This document shows, one piece after another, positions 10,781 through 23,035 of a DNA stretch of 64,000 nt. The position numbers and the translations under genes were made by a program. Numbering within the stretch: position 1 is the stretch's first letter; each line of letters opens with the position of its first letter. Below the pieces are notes generated by a model. The model had not been told where the DNA came from. It saw nothing but the letters and a program-made list of their open reading frames with translations, and searched no databases. Source of the DNA: Oikopleura dioica (Eukaryota > Animalia > Chordata); NCBI GenBank assembly GCA_907165135.1, contig OU015568.1:1302001-1366000 (forward strand). The letters run 5' to 3'.

Positions 10781-11891
10781 GACTAGGTTCGTGAGGACTA
10801 GGTTCGTGTGACTAGGTTCGTGGGTGCCATGTTGGAAAAAATGGTTCGTATGACTAGGTTCGTGAAATTTGGATTTTTATATGTATTTTTTGTATCTTCA
10901 CCATTTTGGGGCAGTAAGGGAAATGGGTTGATGACTAGGTTCGTGTGACTAGGTTCGTGAAATTTTAAAAAGAAAAAATTTTGGGGCAGTAAGGGAAATG
11001 GGTTGATGACTAGGTTCGTGGGACTAGGTTCGTGAAGACTAGGTTCGTGTGACTAGGTTCGTGAAGACTAGGTTCGTGAAGACTAGGTTCGTGTGACTAG
11101 GTTCGTGTGACTAGGTTCGTGGAATTTGGGTTTTATATGTATTTTTTTGTATCTTGACCATTTTGGGGCAGTAAAGGAAATGGATTGATGACTAGGTTCG
11201 TGTGACTAGGTTCGTGAGTTTTTAAATAGTAAAAATTTTCGGGCAGTAAGGGGAATGGGTTGAAGACTAGGTTCGTGAAGACTAGGTTCGTGAGACTAGG
11301 TTCGTGGAATTTGGATTTTTATATGTATTATATATATATATATATATATATATGTATTTTTATATATATGTATATTTATATATGTCTTTTTATATATTTT
11401 ATTGTAATAATTATATTACATATTATATGTACTATATTTTTTAGAATGTAATGCTGCGTTACTTGAAATAAAACAACGTGAGGGCCTAGCGGCTAATACG
11501 GGGGGGAGTTGGGGGGTGGGGTGATACTCATTTGGCAATATAATCCCACATTTTGCTTATTCAAAACCCACGAACCCTTTCCTTGTTAAATATATACTAT
11601 TTAAAATTTCACGAACCTAGTCACGCGAACCTAGTCATCAACCCATTTCCCTTACTGCCCCAAAATTTTTTCTATTTAAAATATCACGAACCTAGTCACA
11701 CGAACCTAGTCATCAACCCATTTCCCTTACTGCCTCAAAATTTTTTCTATTTAAAATTTCACGAACCTAGTCACACGAACCTAGTCATCAACCCGTTTCC
11801 CTTACTGCCCCAAAATATAGGCCGATTTACATACTCTGGCAGAACCCACCACGAACCTAGTCACACGAACCTAGTCCTCACGAACCTAGTC
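10781..11891. mobile_element. Foldback-like element: inverted arms built from GACTAGGTTCGTG subrepeats around an AT-rich core
   Basis: Left end GACTAGGTTCGTGAGGACTAGGTTCGTGTGACTAGGTTCGTGG is the reverse complement of the right end (~11849-11891). Many 14-15 bp units and ~66-bp higher-order units. No clear TSD. Confidence 0.75.
11324..11440. repeat. (TA)n-rich microsatellite / low-complexity tract
   Basis: TATATATATATATATATATATATG and degenerate flanks. Confidence 0.85.
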
Positions 11892-12159
11892 GTCATTCCC
11901 AAAAAATAAACTAAGAATAAATGCCCTTTTAATCAAAGCAGGGTTTGTACAGTATTGACTCAATTTTCGTCAAGATGGAACTGCCTCATTTTAAAATTTA
12001 AAGAAACTTAGTAAATTCGCCCTTTTGTGTTCCACTAACAAGTGTCACTTCTTAGAACATGCCTTTTAATATTTTATTACAGAAGTGTATAAAACTAATT
12101 CTCCAGAATTTAGCCCATCAAATTGTCAACTTTGAAGCCGGCCAAAAAGATAGCGAGAA

Positions 12160-12363
12160 ATGAAAGTCCTTGCCCTATTTTCTTCTTTTGCCTTTGCTCA
12201 TGGTAGTTTCTTTGAATCGGATTTGTATCAACGACAGATGCAACTTGAGGATTGCGTCAAAAGAAACATGCTTTACGGCGAATCGGCGCTTCAAATGAGA
12301 AAGAGATTCATGATGGTCCAGCTTGCTTGCGACAAAGAAATTCCAAAACCTTCATACTTTTAG
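12160..12363 (+). CDS. Small secreted peptide precursor candidate (67 aa)
   Basis: Signal-peptide-like MKVLALFSSFAFAHG, two Cys, KR and RKR basic sites, AATAAA at ~12375. Confidence 0.55.
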   Translation: MKVLALFSSFAFAHGSFFESDLYQRQMQLEDCVKRNMLYGESALQMRKRFMMVQLACDKEIPKPSYF

Positions 12364-12931
12364 CTAAATATTTTAATAAAAATCGCTATTGATGTCCGTC
12401 GTTATCTTTTTGTTTATTTAAATTGATAAATTGTTATTTATAACTTATAAATATTTATAAACATAAGCTCATTAAACATTGACCCTTGCTATTTATCTAC
12501 AATCATAAGAAAAATTTTTCGCCAAAACCGGAAACTAAACAACATCAAAGATAAAAATTTACGGTATTACTATTAAATGAAAAGGGCATCGAGTCGATGC
12601 TATCGATGCTCCATATTTGGTCATTCAGATTACGAGCTCTTTATAAGGCGTAATGAAATCCATCAATTACTCAACATTTACACTCAGAATTCAATCCACT
12701 ACTATCCGCGCTGCCTTTGTTCACTCATTGACTCACCTCAATAAACTCAAGCATTTCCCCCGCCAGCAGGCAAATCATCAATTCGGCCGAGAATTCCATC
12801 CTGATGGAAAAATCGGTTCCCATCCACCACCAGGTGGACCAAAGAGACAATATGGGCGTATATAATCGCCGGTATCCCCTTAAAAACCTCATAATTCAAA
12901 ATTTGATAAATTCAAATTAAAATTCAAAAAG

Positions 12932-13369
12932 ATGGAATTCCAATTTAAACTTTTCGAACTCGGAAGACTTCAAAAAGCAGAAAAAATTCTAAAAGGATTT
13001 TTGCACAATCATGCGAAAAAGAGAAACTTCCAAAAAGTACTTGAGAACATCTTGTCAATCGTCGAAAATTACCAGAACGCAATCGTCGATTTCGGCATCG
13101 ACCACGAAGACTTCGAGCTCGAGCGAATCAGCTGCTTCGTCGAAATCATCATTCAATCGACCATCTCCTGCTCGCTCTACTGTCAACGAGAAATTGACGA
13201 GCTACAGAAACTCTATGGCCAAGAAGATTTCGGCCTTATTTCGAGAAAATGCCGAGACGCCCTTTTGACTTTTTGGCAGAAAGGAATCATGCTCAAACCT
13301 AGAATAAAGAATGCTCTCGATCATGGCTGGAATCGAGAAACTTTTATAATTTTACTCAAAAGAATTTGA
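12932..13369 (+). CDS. Intronless 145-aa orphan protein, family member 1
   Basis: Shares ERISCFVEIIIQSTISC, SRKCR..LL.FW and NALDHGWN with 13837-14280. Confidence 0.75.
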   Translation: MEFQFKLFELGRLQKAEKILKGFLHNHAKKRNFQKVLENILSIVENYQNAIVDFGIDHEDFELERISCFVEIIIQSTISCSLYCQREIDELQKLYGQEDFGLISRKCRDALLTFWQKGIMLKPRIKNALDHGWNRETFIILLKRI

Positions 13370-13836
13370 CTTTATCCTGTTTTCAGACTTTTACTGCTTT
13401 ATTTTATTCTTTATTATGCCCTTGACCCCGACTTTGTTAACTTTATCTGACTGTTTTTAAAATAAAAACACTTTTACCTCTTCTCTGCTATCTTTCTTTG
13501 CTGTAGTGATTCTGATCATTAAAAAATGGTACGAATTAAAGTTATTTTTGAGATAGGAAGTCCAAGGCTTGGACTCCAAGCGACTTGTTTGATTTTTCTT
13601 CTGCTCGTTTTTAACGACTCGAATCTTTTTGATCGAAATGAAAAGGGAAAACGCCACAAAACTAGACAGACTTTTCCCTAGACATTTATTTTATAGGCTA
13701 TAAAAGAATCCTAGTCCCGGAATACTACTCCTTACTTCACTCCTAATGTCTAAGGAAAAGGGCAAAAGGGATAAAGGGATAGCACGATATAAAGCGACGA
13801 TTAAGCCGCAAATGGTTAAATTTCCAATTGATAAGA

Positions 13837-14280
13837 ATGGATAACGAAGATCGCTTTAAAGTTCGCCAGCTTGAAAGACTAGCAAAATCGAAAGATATTT
13901 TAAGAGATTTGCAAGGCTATGTTAGAAAGAGACACTCCCGAATAATACTGGCCAACATTATCAGACAAATTGAAGATTATCAGAGAGCGATTGATCGTTG
14001 TGGAAGAAACCATAGACACTTCAGCGTCGAGCGAGTCAACTGTTACGTCGAGATCATCATTCAATCAACGATCTCATGCGCTCTCAACTTTGAACATGCA
14101 GTTATTCAATTGCAAAGGATCTGCTCAGATCAAGCTTTCCAATGTCTTTCCGGTAGATGCCGAGAGAAACTTTTGAAATTTTGGCGAAGAGATGACCTTG
14201 ACTTTCACAAGCGAAGGATTAATTATGCTCTGGATAATGGATGGAATAATCAAACTTTCAAAGTTTTAATGGATTTATGA
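13837..14280 (+). CDS. Intronless ~147-aa orphan protein, family member 2
   Basis: MDNEDRFKVRQLERL...ERVNCYVEIIIQSTISC...YALDNGWNNQTF; TATA-like TATAAA at ~13697 and ~13789; AATAAA at ~14380. Confidence 0.75.
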   Translation: MDNEDRFKVRQLERLAKSKDILRDLQGYVRKRHSRIILANIIRQIEDYQRAIDRCGRNHRHFSVERVNCYVEIIIQSTISCALNFEHAVIQLQRICSDQAFQCLSGRCREKLLKFWRRDDLDFHKRRINYALDNGWNNQTFKVLMDL

Positions 14281-14624
14281 TGACCGACTCTGAACTAGTT
14301 TATTACCTGCTTCTTTCATTTTTTTCGACTGCTTTGTATATTTATGACTGATATTGACTGCTATTTATAAAAAAAAAATAAATAAATGCATGTTAAAAAA
14401 AAAACTGATGAATTATTCTTGAGTCGTGACTCTCCTTACCCTGCTGCCGATTGTTCGCACCATTCATTCATGAATTCGTGATCATCAGGCACGGACTTCT
14501 TTTATTATAAATAAAAACAAATTTTTGAAATCTTTTTCACTTTATTTATTCAAAAATATTAGTAAAATTACATTAGGAGGCAGCTTTGATGGATGAATTA
14601 TTTTTGAGTCGAAGCAGAAGCACT

Positions 14625-17600
14625 TTATCGTCGCCACCAAGTGGCAGTTGTCGAGGTAGAGCGAACAGAACCAGTCGGTGAGCCCGGTCGGTCGTTTGAG
14701 AATAGCCCGGCCACGGCGTCACCGAGTTTGTGGGAAAGGCCGCCGCGGACGTTTCGTTCTTGGAGTTCCTGGAGCTCCTGGACTCCGAGGGCCAGCTCGT
14801 TGACCACCGCCCTAATAGAGATTTAGACTCCGAGGGAACACTGAATAACCTACATTTGCCCCCTGCTTTTTCGTTGAATTTCGTCAAGCTTCGCCTTCAC
14901 AGCTTTCATCGCTTGACGTCGTGCTTCTTCGTGTTGCATGTTGTTCGCATCATTCATTTGCTGAACCATCATGAATTCGTTATTCTGTCGCTCAAGTTGA
15001 CGCTCGATCTGAATCAGCCGCTCGCCCTGGCTCGTGTCGTGCTCCAAAAGTGCCTTTTGAATTTCGCCGAAGAAAGCGCGTCGGAGCTCGTCTTCTCGAG
15101 CTTCCATTTTCTGAAAAAATGAGTGCTGAAATCAAGGAGGAAAACTTACCATTTCCAGGTCGACTTTCATGCGCTCCATGTAATTCACATTTGCTTCATT
15201 TTCGCGTCGCTCCTTGTTTAATTGAAGCGTTTTTTCTTCGAGAGTGGTGACCATTGAGGCGAGATCTTCATTTGTAGCTCGGAGTTGTTTTTCCAAACGT
15301 TCGATTTTCGAAGCTTGAGACTAAAAAATGCTCATGAAACTATTCATTTTTACTCATTATTTTAGCAAAAAGGAAAGTTTCTCGAGAAAAAATTTGCGTC
15401 ATGTAAAGATTTTCACTTTTATTGTCTCACAAGCTTATTCTGTGCAGCTTGGCTACCATCGTGGACTTTGTTAGTGGCCGCTAGATTCTCCGTTTAAATA
15501 TGCCAATCTCATAAAAAATCACTGATCTTGCTCCGAAAAGATACTCAGTATCCTACAATCGTGAATATTCCTGATTTCTTGTGAATAAATACAATTGTGA
15601 ATGAATAAAAATGAAGGGAAAGGGAAAAAGAGGAGAAATAAAGCCGAGAAATTACGGGGTATGTTCTTACTTAACTTAATTGATAAGAATGGATCACGAA
15701 GATCGATTCAAAATTCTCCAACTCGAAAGACTAGAACGGTAAAACAAATTTTAAGAGATTTGCAAGGTCATGTGAGGAGAGATTACTCTCGAAGAGTCCT
15801 GGCTAACATCATCAGACAAATTGAAGATTATCAAAGAGCAATTAATAATTTCGGTAGAGACCATCGTGACTTCAGTCTCGAGCGAATTAATTGCTACGTC
15901 GAAATCATCATTCAATCAGCAATGTCATGCACTTGCAACTTTTGTTTTTATTATTAAAAATCAATTAAAATAAATGAAATTTGAAAGAAACCTGATTGAG
16001 TCTTTCCATTGCTTCAAATTTGCCTCGGAGCTCGATTGTTTCTGTTTCCGCAGCGTTTATTTTCATCGTAGTTTTATCTTTGGCCACGAGCAAGTCTGAG
16101 AGGTCGTTTTCGATTGAGGTAGATCGTTGAGTAGCTTGTTGAGTTTTTGTATTCGCGAGCTGGACTTCGCCCTTCAGCCGGATCAGTTCTGCTTCTATTT
16201 TTGCTAGTTTCTCGGCGTTTTCGACTAAAGACGCATCGATAGGAGCTAAAATTCCTATCATACCTTGTTTGACGATATCAGTTTTTCCAGCAACGCCACC
16301 AAGCTCATCCTTCAAACTCATTCCGCCCTGATTTTGCTGATTGCTTTGCGACTCTTTTATCTCAAGCATTTTCTGCTCCAGCTCAAACTTGAGATCGTCC
16401 AGGCCTCTTTGTGCCTTTGATTTTGACTCTATCAGCATTTCTACGTCTTTCTGCAGCTTTGACTGAGTCGAGTCGATTTCTTGAGAGAGCTTTTTGATCT
16501 TAGCTTCGAGTTCGGATTTGGTCGATTCTTCGCGTTGGATGAGATTTTCCGCCATTTTCGAGGCTTTTTCTGCTTCCTATTTTTTGATGTTCAAATTTGT
16601 CCTCCTTGATTTTTCACAAGTAATCATTTTTAAAATTTGAACATTCCCTTTAAAATAGCTTCATCACTCTCCGACTTTTCCTCTTCAATTTTATTGAGTC
16701 TTCCGATCGCATCGTCCAAAATATCATGAACCTCACTCAACCCATCGCCGACAATTTTCTGCACCTTCGTGTCCGAAACAAAATCATCCATCTTTTCCAT
16801 CTTCTTTTCCTGAGCCTCGAGTTTTTCTTCGAGAGATTTCAGAGCTCGCTTGGTTTGTTCACGCTCGGAGATGAGCTCGGCTTGAGCTTTTTGAGCGCGC
16901 TCAAGTTCGGCTGCGATTCGGTCGCGTTCTTGAGCGACTTGTTGGGCGACGGACTCGCCGTCCAGAGCAGCGGTTTGTTGGGCGTTTAGTTGGGTCTGAA
17001 ATTTTCTGCTATTTTCGGATAAAAACGAAGCTTACAGTACCTTGAGTGAAGAAATAGAGCTCTCAAGCTGGTTCATTCTAGCGGTATCGCCAGTTATCTT
17101 TTCCTCCACCAGCAAAATGCTCTTTTTGATATTGTCCTCCGCATCCTTGACCAGCTCAACTTTCCCCCTTAAATTCGCAATGGATTCTTCGTTTGTTTTC
17201 CCCACTTCCGCAGCGATCTTAAAATCTTTGTCCATTTTGAAAATTTGCTTTGCGATTTCTTTCGTCTCCGTGTTTTGCTTTTTCACGAGAAAGTCTTTTG
17301 ACGCTAGAATTTCTGCTTGAAGCTTTTCCGCATATTCATCAAGAAGGGATTTTTGAGAATCTTCAGAAGATGAAAGATTCGCGCGTATTTCTGCGATTTC
17401 TTCGAGAAGTTTGGTCGAGGAGTCTTTTACTTCATCGATGACGTTTGAGTATTTCTCCATTTTGTCATCGATCTCCGTCGAAGTTTGCTTGATCCGATGC
17501 TCTGCCACAGCAATTGTCTTGTCCTGGCCAACAATTCGCTCTCCCTGCTTCGCCAATTTGTCCGACAGCTCGAGGACAGCGGCGCTGATGGTATCAAGTT

Positions 17601-20600
17601 GAGCATCATTGTTGACAGCGTCGGTAAGCGCTTTGACAGAAGCCTGGATGCTTTCAATCGCGATTTGAGTTTTTTCGCGATCTTCGGTGAGAAGTTGAAG
17701 GTTCGGAGCAGCGGTTTGCTGGAATTGAAGGAGTTCGCTCAGTTTGATTTCGGTTTTTTGCGATTGTTCTTAAACAAATGAGAATTTTCAGACTTCGGGA
17801 CCTGGGTCTTCATTTTGTTGGTAATTCAAATGCCAAAGATTAGGAAAATTATTTATACCCAAAAATTAAATAGAGACTTATGGTTTGTAAAAAACTTATT
17901 CGATAGCTTATGTTAGTTATTCTAATACCTATATCAGCTGACATCTGCTCACTCATTAATTTCTCCAGCTCTAGAATCGAATTTTTCAGCGCCTCCAAAG
18001 AAGCGACATTATGATTTCTATCATCAGCCAGTTTGATAACTTCTTCATCGATGCTCGAAATCTTTTCGCTGAGCTTAGAAATCGATTTCTTCGTATTTTC
18101 ATCCTTTTCTTGCACTTCGCAAAGTTCAGAATGAAATTTTGACGACTCCGAAGTTAGATTTTTCAATTGCTCATCGACTTTGGCTTCTTTTTCTTCCGTT
18201 ACCTGGCGTTTCGTGTTTTCATGCTCGCGAAAGCCCTCGAACTCGATGCGCAAGTCGGAGATTTCTTTCTTTTGATAGTCGAAAATCGCGTCACTGTGGT
18301 CTTTGTGTTGGGCTACTCTTTCTCGCATTGCATCGACACCTTTTTGGAGCTCGAATCGCGCAGTCTCCGCCACATTTAATCGTTGAATGATCATGTCTTT
18401 GTCCACTCGAACTTCTGCAAGCTGCTGGTTGAGAAGTTCAGAAGAGACACCTCCGCCAAGACTCATTGTGTCCGCTTGCGCTGCACTTGGGGACTGAGAT
18501 GCATTGAAGGAAGCATCCATGACTTTTTCTTCGACAGCCATGATCATTTCGTGAAGATTTTCTTGAACAGTCATCAGTTCTTCCGCTGCTTTTTCAGAAG
18601 AAGCTTCGATGAGAGAGCAGGAAATCGATTTGACTTGGTCGATTTTTTCATCCAATTTTTTCATCAACTCTGGATCGGAAGACATAGAAGTGTTCCCACC
18701 TGCAGTAGATCCGCCTGCGCCAGAGGCGATTTCTTCACGCGTTTTGCGGATAGTGTCTTCGAGGAGCTGGAGTTTGGAGGATTGTGATTCGCATTGAGCT
18801 TCATTTTTCTCGACGATTCCAACGATTCTGTCGAGCACTTCTTGCTTTGATTTTGATGACTCTTCGAGAGTTGAGACCCGCAGTTCGACGGATGATGAAT
18901 TGTTTTTAATCTGAAATTGTTTTGTTCATTAGCGAAACTGTCGTTAGAGACTGTCGTTAAAGACCTAAAGAATGATCATCGTTTTGTATCATCTTGGTCA
19001 GGGAGAAAAATTTCCATTAAAAAATATTTCATATTTTCATTATGGTTCCTACCTTTTCCAAAACATGTTTGACTTCTTCCGTGTCCGACTTGAACTCCTG
19101 AAACTCCTGCTTCAACTTCGCTGTCAGCTCAATAATCGCATCCATCGGCGCATCAGTAGCACCAAACTTCGTCACATGCTCCACCTTATCCTCTAGCATG
19201 ATCAATTTCTCCTGAAGCTCATCCAACTGTGGCAAAACTTCCTCAAGCGCAGAATCTTCGCCCACATTTTCAAGCCCTGATTGATTATTTTTCTTCTCAT
19301 CAGAAGAAATTGCGCCGCTTTTTACTTGTCGCTTCAGCTCGCTAGAATCATCAGGGTTAGATTCATACTTCTTTTTTGACTCAAAAAGGTTCAAAAGTGG
19401 TGCAAGTAAAAAATCATGATTTCGAGTTTATTCAACCCAAAAATGGCTGCCCACATGCGAGGATTTTACGGAGCATGGAGTTGGTTAAAACTGGTTTAAT
19501 AAGCTGGTAGTTATTTGGATCAGGGAATTAATTCTAGAGATTAGTCTACAATACCTTATGTACACTGAACACCATCTATAACATGAAAATCACATAAAAA
19601 CATAATCAAAAAAATTCTTCAGTATTTTACCTGATTTCTCCTTCAAGCTCCAGTCGACTCATTTTCTCCTCATCCAATCTTTCTCTTTCTTCTTCCAGCC
19701 CTCTTTGACAAGTAAACAGATCTTCTCGCAACATCTTGACTTCGGAAATCAGCTTTTCCTTAATTTCTTCGATTGCATTGAAATTTTCGATTTTGGCCGT
19801 TTCTGTTTTGAGCAAGAGTTGATTAAAGTCATCTGAACAAAAATAAGTGAGTCATTTCAATGGCCACTAAGTGGATATTTCGATAACAAAAGATTTTTTA
19901 CTGCAAAAAGGTCAGTTTGAAGACTTTTTGGCGCCGAAAAAAGCACGATTCTGACTCCAATGAGAGAGATAAACGATTTGATTTTACCATTTTTAATATT
20001 TCCTCCTCCGCCGGATTGCTGCTTGAATTCTTCTCTAACTTTTTGAATTTCTTCTTGGACTTGCTTTTTGAGGTCTTCGGTATTGATAGATGCTGCGAGA
20101 CCGTTTTGAGTTGGCTTCTTTGGGGTTGAATTGGCGGCGGGAGACGAGAAATCCAAGTTGTGATCTTCCAGAACAGCTTCGATTGTGAGAACTTTGGTCT
20201 GGATAATTGACCTTGTATCGCGAATTTCTTTGATTTCGGAGTCGATTCTTGCCATCCATTGCTACGAAAAGGTTCACGAAAAGATCAAAAAAGATAAATT
20301 TACCTGTGATTTTCGACGATTTATTAGCTCTTTGACATGTTCCCTTGTTTCTCTTGACATTCGCTCTTCTTTGTCGATGACGAGATCATCTTTAGGCGTG
20401 ACGCCGTTTTCCATGAGAAATTCAATTGCTTGCAGGAGGTCTTCTTTTTCGAGACATTTGGTTTCCATCTCGAAGCAAGTCTCGCCACCAACCAAAATGT
20501 CCAGCGCAGAATTACCAGCCGCATCAAGAACCTGAATTTGTTGTGAAGAATTTGACCTTTTTAAAATAAGATTACTTCGTTAAAATTACTGTTTGCGTTT

Positions 20601-22904
20601 AGCAAATATAATAAGAGAATGGTCTTCCGTGAGAGAAATATCAAAATTTCCCAATTTTCAAGAGGATCGAATATAAAAATATTCGTGAATATGAGTTTTG
20701 AAGAAGAGATATTAAAGACTGAAGAGAAGATTAAGCAATCAATGTCAAGTGCTACCACTCAGTTTCGAAGAAAAATTCTTGCCAAGCAAAAAGAAATGGA
20801 AAAAGAGCTGCAAACGATTCGAGCGCTAAAAGAAAATTTAAACTCGATGACACGAGAAAAAGAAAAACTCGAGCTCTATGCCGAAAATGTTGGAAAGATT
20901 AATGAAATCAACAAAAACATGCTCAATCTTTACAGAGAAAAACGGGATCTTGTAATGAAAACAAACCCTTTTAATTTCTTCAGGAATTGTTTACACTTCA
21001 AAAAAATAATTTTGATGGTCTAGCTCGCTCAAGATCAAAACAACTCAAAGTGCTACGAATTTCAGTGCGAATTTGGAAATTTACGAAGATGAAGTCGAGA
21101 AAGTAGACGGACATATGGTCGATTTGCATAGGCAAATACAAGAAAAAGAACTTAATCTTTCTCTAAGAATTCAAGCTTTTGAGACAAACTTAAACAAGCT
21201 TCGCGATTCAGGTTATCAATGAATCTGTTTAGTTCATCAAAAATTTTAGTTGATACAAAATTTGAATCATTCCTGAATACTACGAATTGCATGATTTGTT
21301 TCGAAGAGTATGATCACAATGAACATTGGCACTGCACACTGACTGTATGTGGCCATCAATTCTGCGAGGAATGTTTGAAGAAACTGCGAGAAAATGAAAT
21401 TTCTCGATGCCCAACTTGCAATAGAAAATTCAAAGAAGAAAATATTTTGCGAATGTTTTAGCTATATAAAATTCTCTTACCTTCATATTCGCTCCATATC
21501 TTTCCAGCGCTTCCAGCATCACCCTCGGCTTCGGATTGATACAAGCACAATGAACAGGAGTCTCCGAATAGTCCCCAAAAGCAACTCTATCCGGCCTCGC
21601 TCCCTTACTCAGCAGCAGCTCCAGCGAAGTAGCGCTCCCATTCAGGGCAATCATGTGAATCGCACGGCGACCATTTTTGTGATAATTAGCTCTTGCAGTG
21701 CCAGTTCTCGATTTTCGATCAAGCAGGATTCTGAGTTGTTTTGTATCATTTTTGGCAGCAGCTTATTTTTGGTTTTGAAGGAATCAAATTCTCAAGAATA
21801 TGACTTCTGTCCTAGAATAGCCTTTGTTATCAAAACCATTTCCTTGTAAAAGCTTATCTCCCAGCTCCTTGTCTCTCACAAGTTGTTCAATAATCTGTTT
21901 TTTCATTTCATCCCCGATTTGAGAATAGTGCTGGATGTAATCCATCGTTGTTCTTCCCCACAAATTCTTGTCGGAAGGAGAGACATCAGCGTTGAGAAGT
22001 AAGCCGAGGGTTTCGCCAATCTTTCTGATTTCTTTACAATTTGATTCTGGGCGAAACAGGCAGTGCAGAGGGTTTTCTAGCTTTTCGTTCACTGCTTGGG
22101 AAATGTCATGATCTCTGAGGTAAGTCTGTAAAATTGGAAGTGGGTCGGCTTGCTGTACAATTTGAAATATCTGCTCTCGTGGCTGCGTCGGTTTTGGCAA
22201 CTTTGATTGGAGCCATTTTGCTTCGAAGGAACTCGAGGCTTGTCTCATGAAATCGACGACTTCTTGCTTTACTGAGTCGCTAAGTTTTTTGCTCAAATTT
22301 GCTGCTTCGATCGCGCTGGTTCCTGAAGAACATCCTTTTTCCGCTGGATCCATTCCTTTCTTCACAAGAAATTCGATCGCGGGTTTGAGGTTTTCCCATG
22401 AAGTTGCTTTGGCATATTTGTTGAAAACGCTGTCGAAACCGACGAGGAGATGAAGTGGATTGGCCCCTTCGCTGTCTTGGACGAGAAAGTTTGCTCCGTG
22501 CTTTTCAAGAACTTCGAAGACTTTGAGAGGAAAAGGATGAACAGCAGCGCAGTGCACAATCGATTCGTTGAAGTCTTTTTCTGACTTTGCATTGACATTT
22601 GCGCCGGCGGAAATTAGCTGCTCGATGATTCTGAGATCACCCCGCATGGCGGCGTAATGCAAAGCAGTCCGGCCATGTCGAAAAGCTTTGACGTCGACAT
22701 CGGGGTTTTTGAGGACATTTGCGACCTCGTCAGATTTGTTGTTTTTGACGACTTCGAAAAGTTGCTTCGTAGCGATATCTTTCTAAAAATTGGTCAAAAA
22801 AAGATCTGATTTAATTTTTAAAATCAACATTTATTCACCAAAAACGGGAAAATTATGAATAAAATTATCTAAAAGATTGGTTGTTTTGAAAATACCTTGC
22901 TCAT
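14625..22904 (-). CDS. Large ankyrin-repeat + long coiled-coil protein (UACA/RAI14/ANKRD24-like architecture), roughly 1,800 aa
   Basis: ANK motifs GRTALHYAAMRGDLRIIEQLISAGANVNAK, GANPLHLL, ETPVHCAC, GNSALDIL. The in-phase 43-44 bp intron ...RRKSQ|QWMARIDSE joins the ANK part to successive heptad-rich exons ending ...RSTSTTATWWRR*. Confidence 0.75.
15689..15957 (+). pseudogene. Frameshifted, 3'-truncated third member of the orphan family, inside intron 15321-15991 of the ankyrin gene
   Basis: MDHEDRFKILQLERL, then a 1-nt deletion versus member 2, then KQILRDLQGHVRR...ERINCYVEIIIQSAMSC, then divergence and a stop. Confidence 0.75.
20691..21461 (+). CDS. Coiled-coil + C-terminal RING finger protein nested antisense in the ankyrin gene intron (20532-21480)
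   Basis: CMICFEEY...CTLTVCGHQFCEECL...RCPTCNRKF (C3HC4 pattern); TATAAA at ~20672; its own short introns. Confidence 0.85.
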
Positions 22905-23009
22905 TTTATTCTTCTTTTTCTAGCTCTCTTTTAGCTGCCGCGCGATTCGGTCTTCATTTTGATTTTCTCTCTTCAAAAAACTTTTCAATCAGAGCCAACC
23001 GGTTGGCCA

Positions 23010-23035
23010 GTGTTTTTTCTTTATATAGATTTTTA
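23010..23035 (-). promoter_or_regulatory. Candidate TATA box upstream of the ankyrin gene
   Basis: CTATATAAAG on the minus strand ~115 bp upstream of ATG 22904, next to the GCCAACCGGTTGGC palindrome. Confidence 0.35.

Noticed and set aside
11260-11909. ORFs 11260-11451 and 11553-11909
   Set aside because: Translations of the foldback subrepeats and the TA microsatellite.
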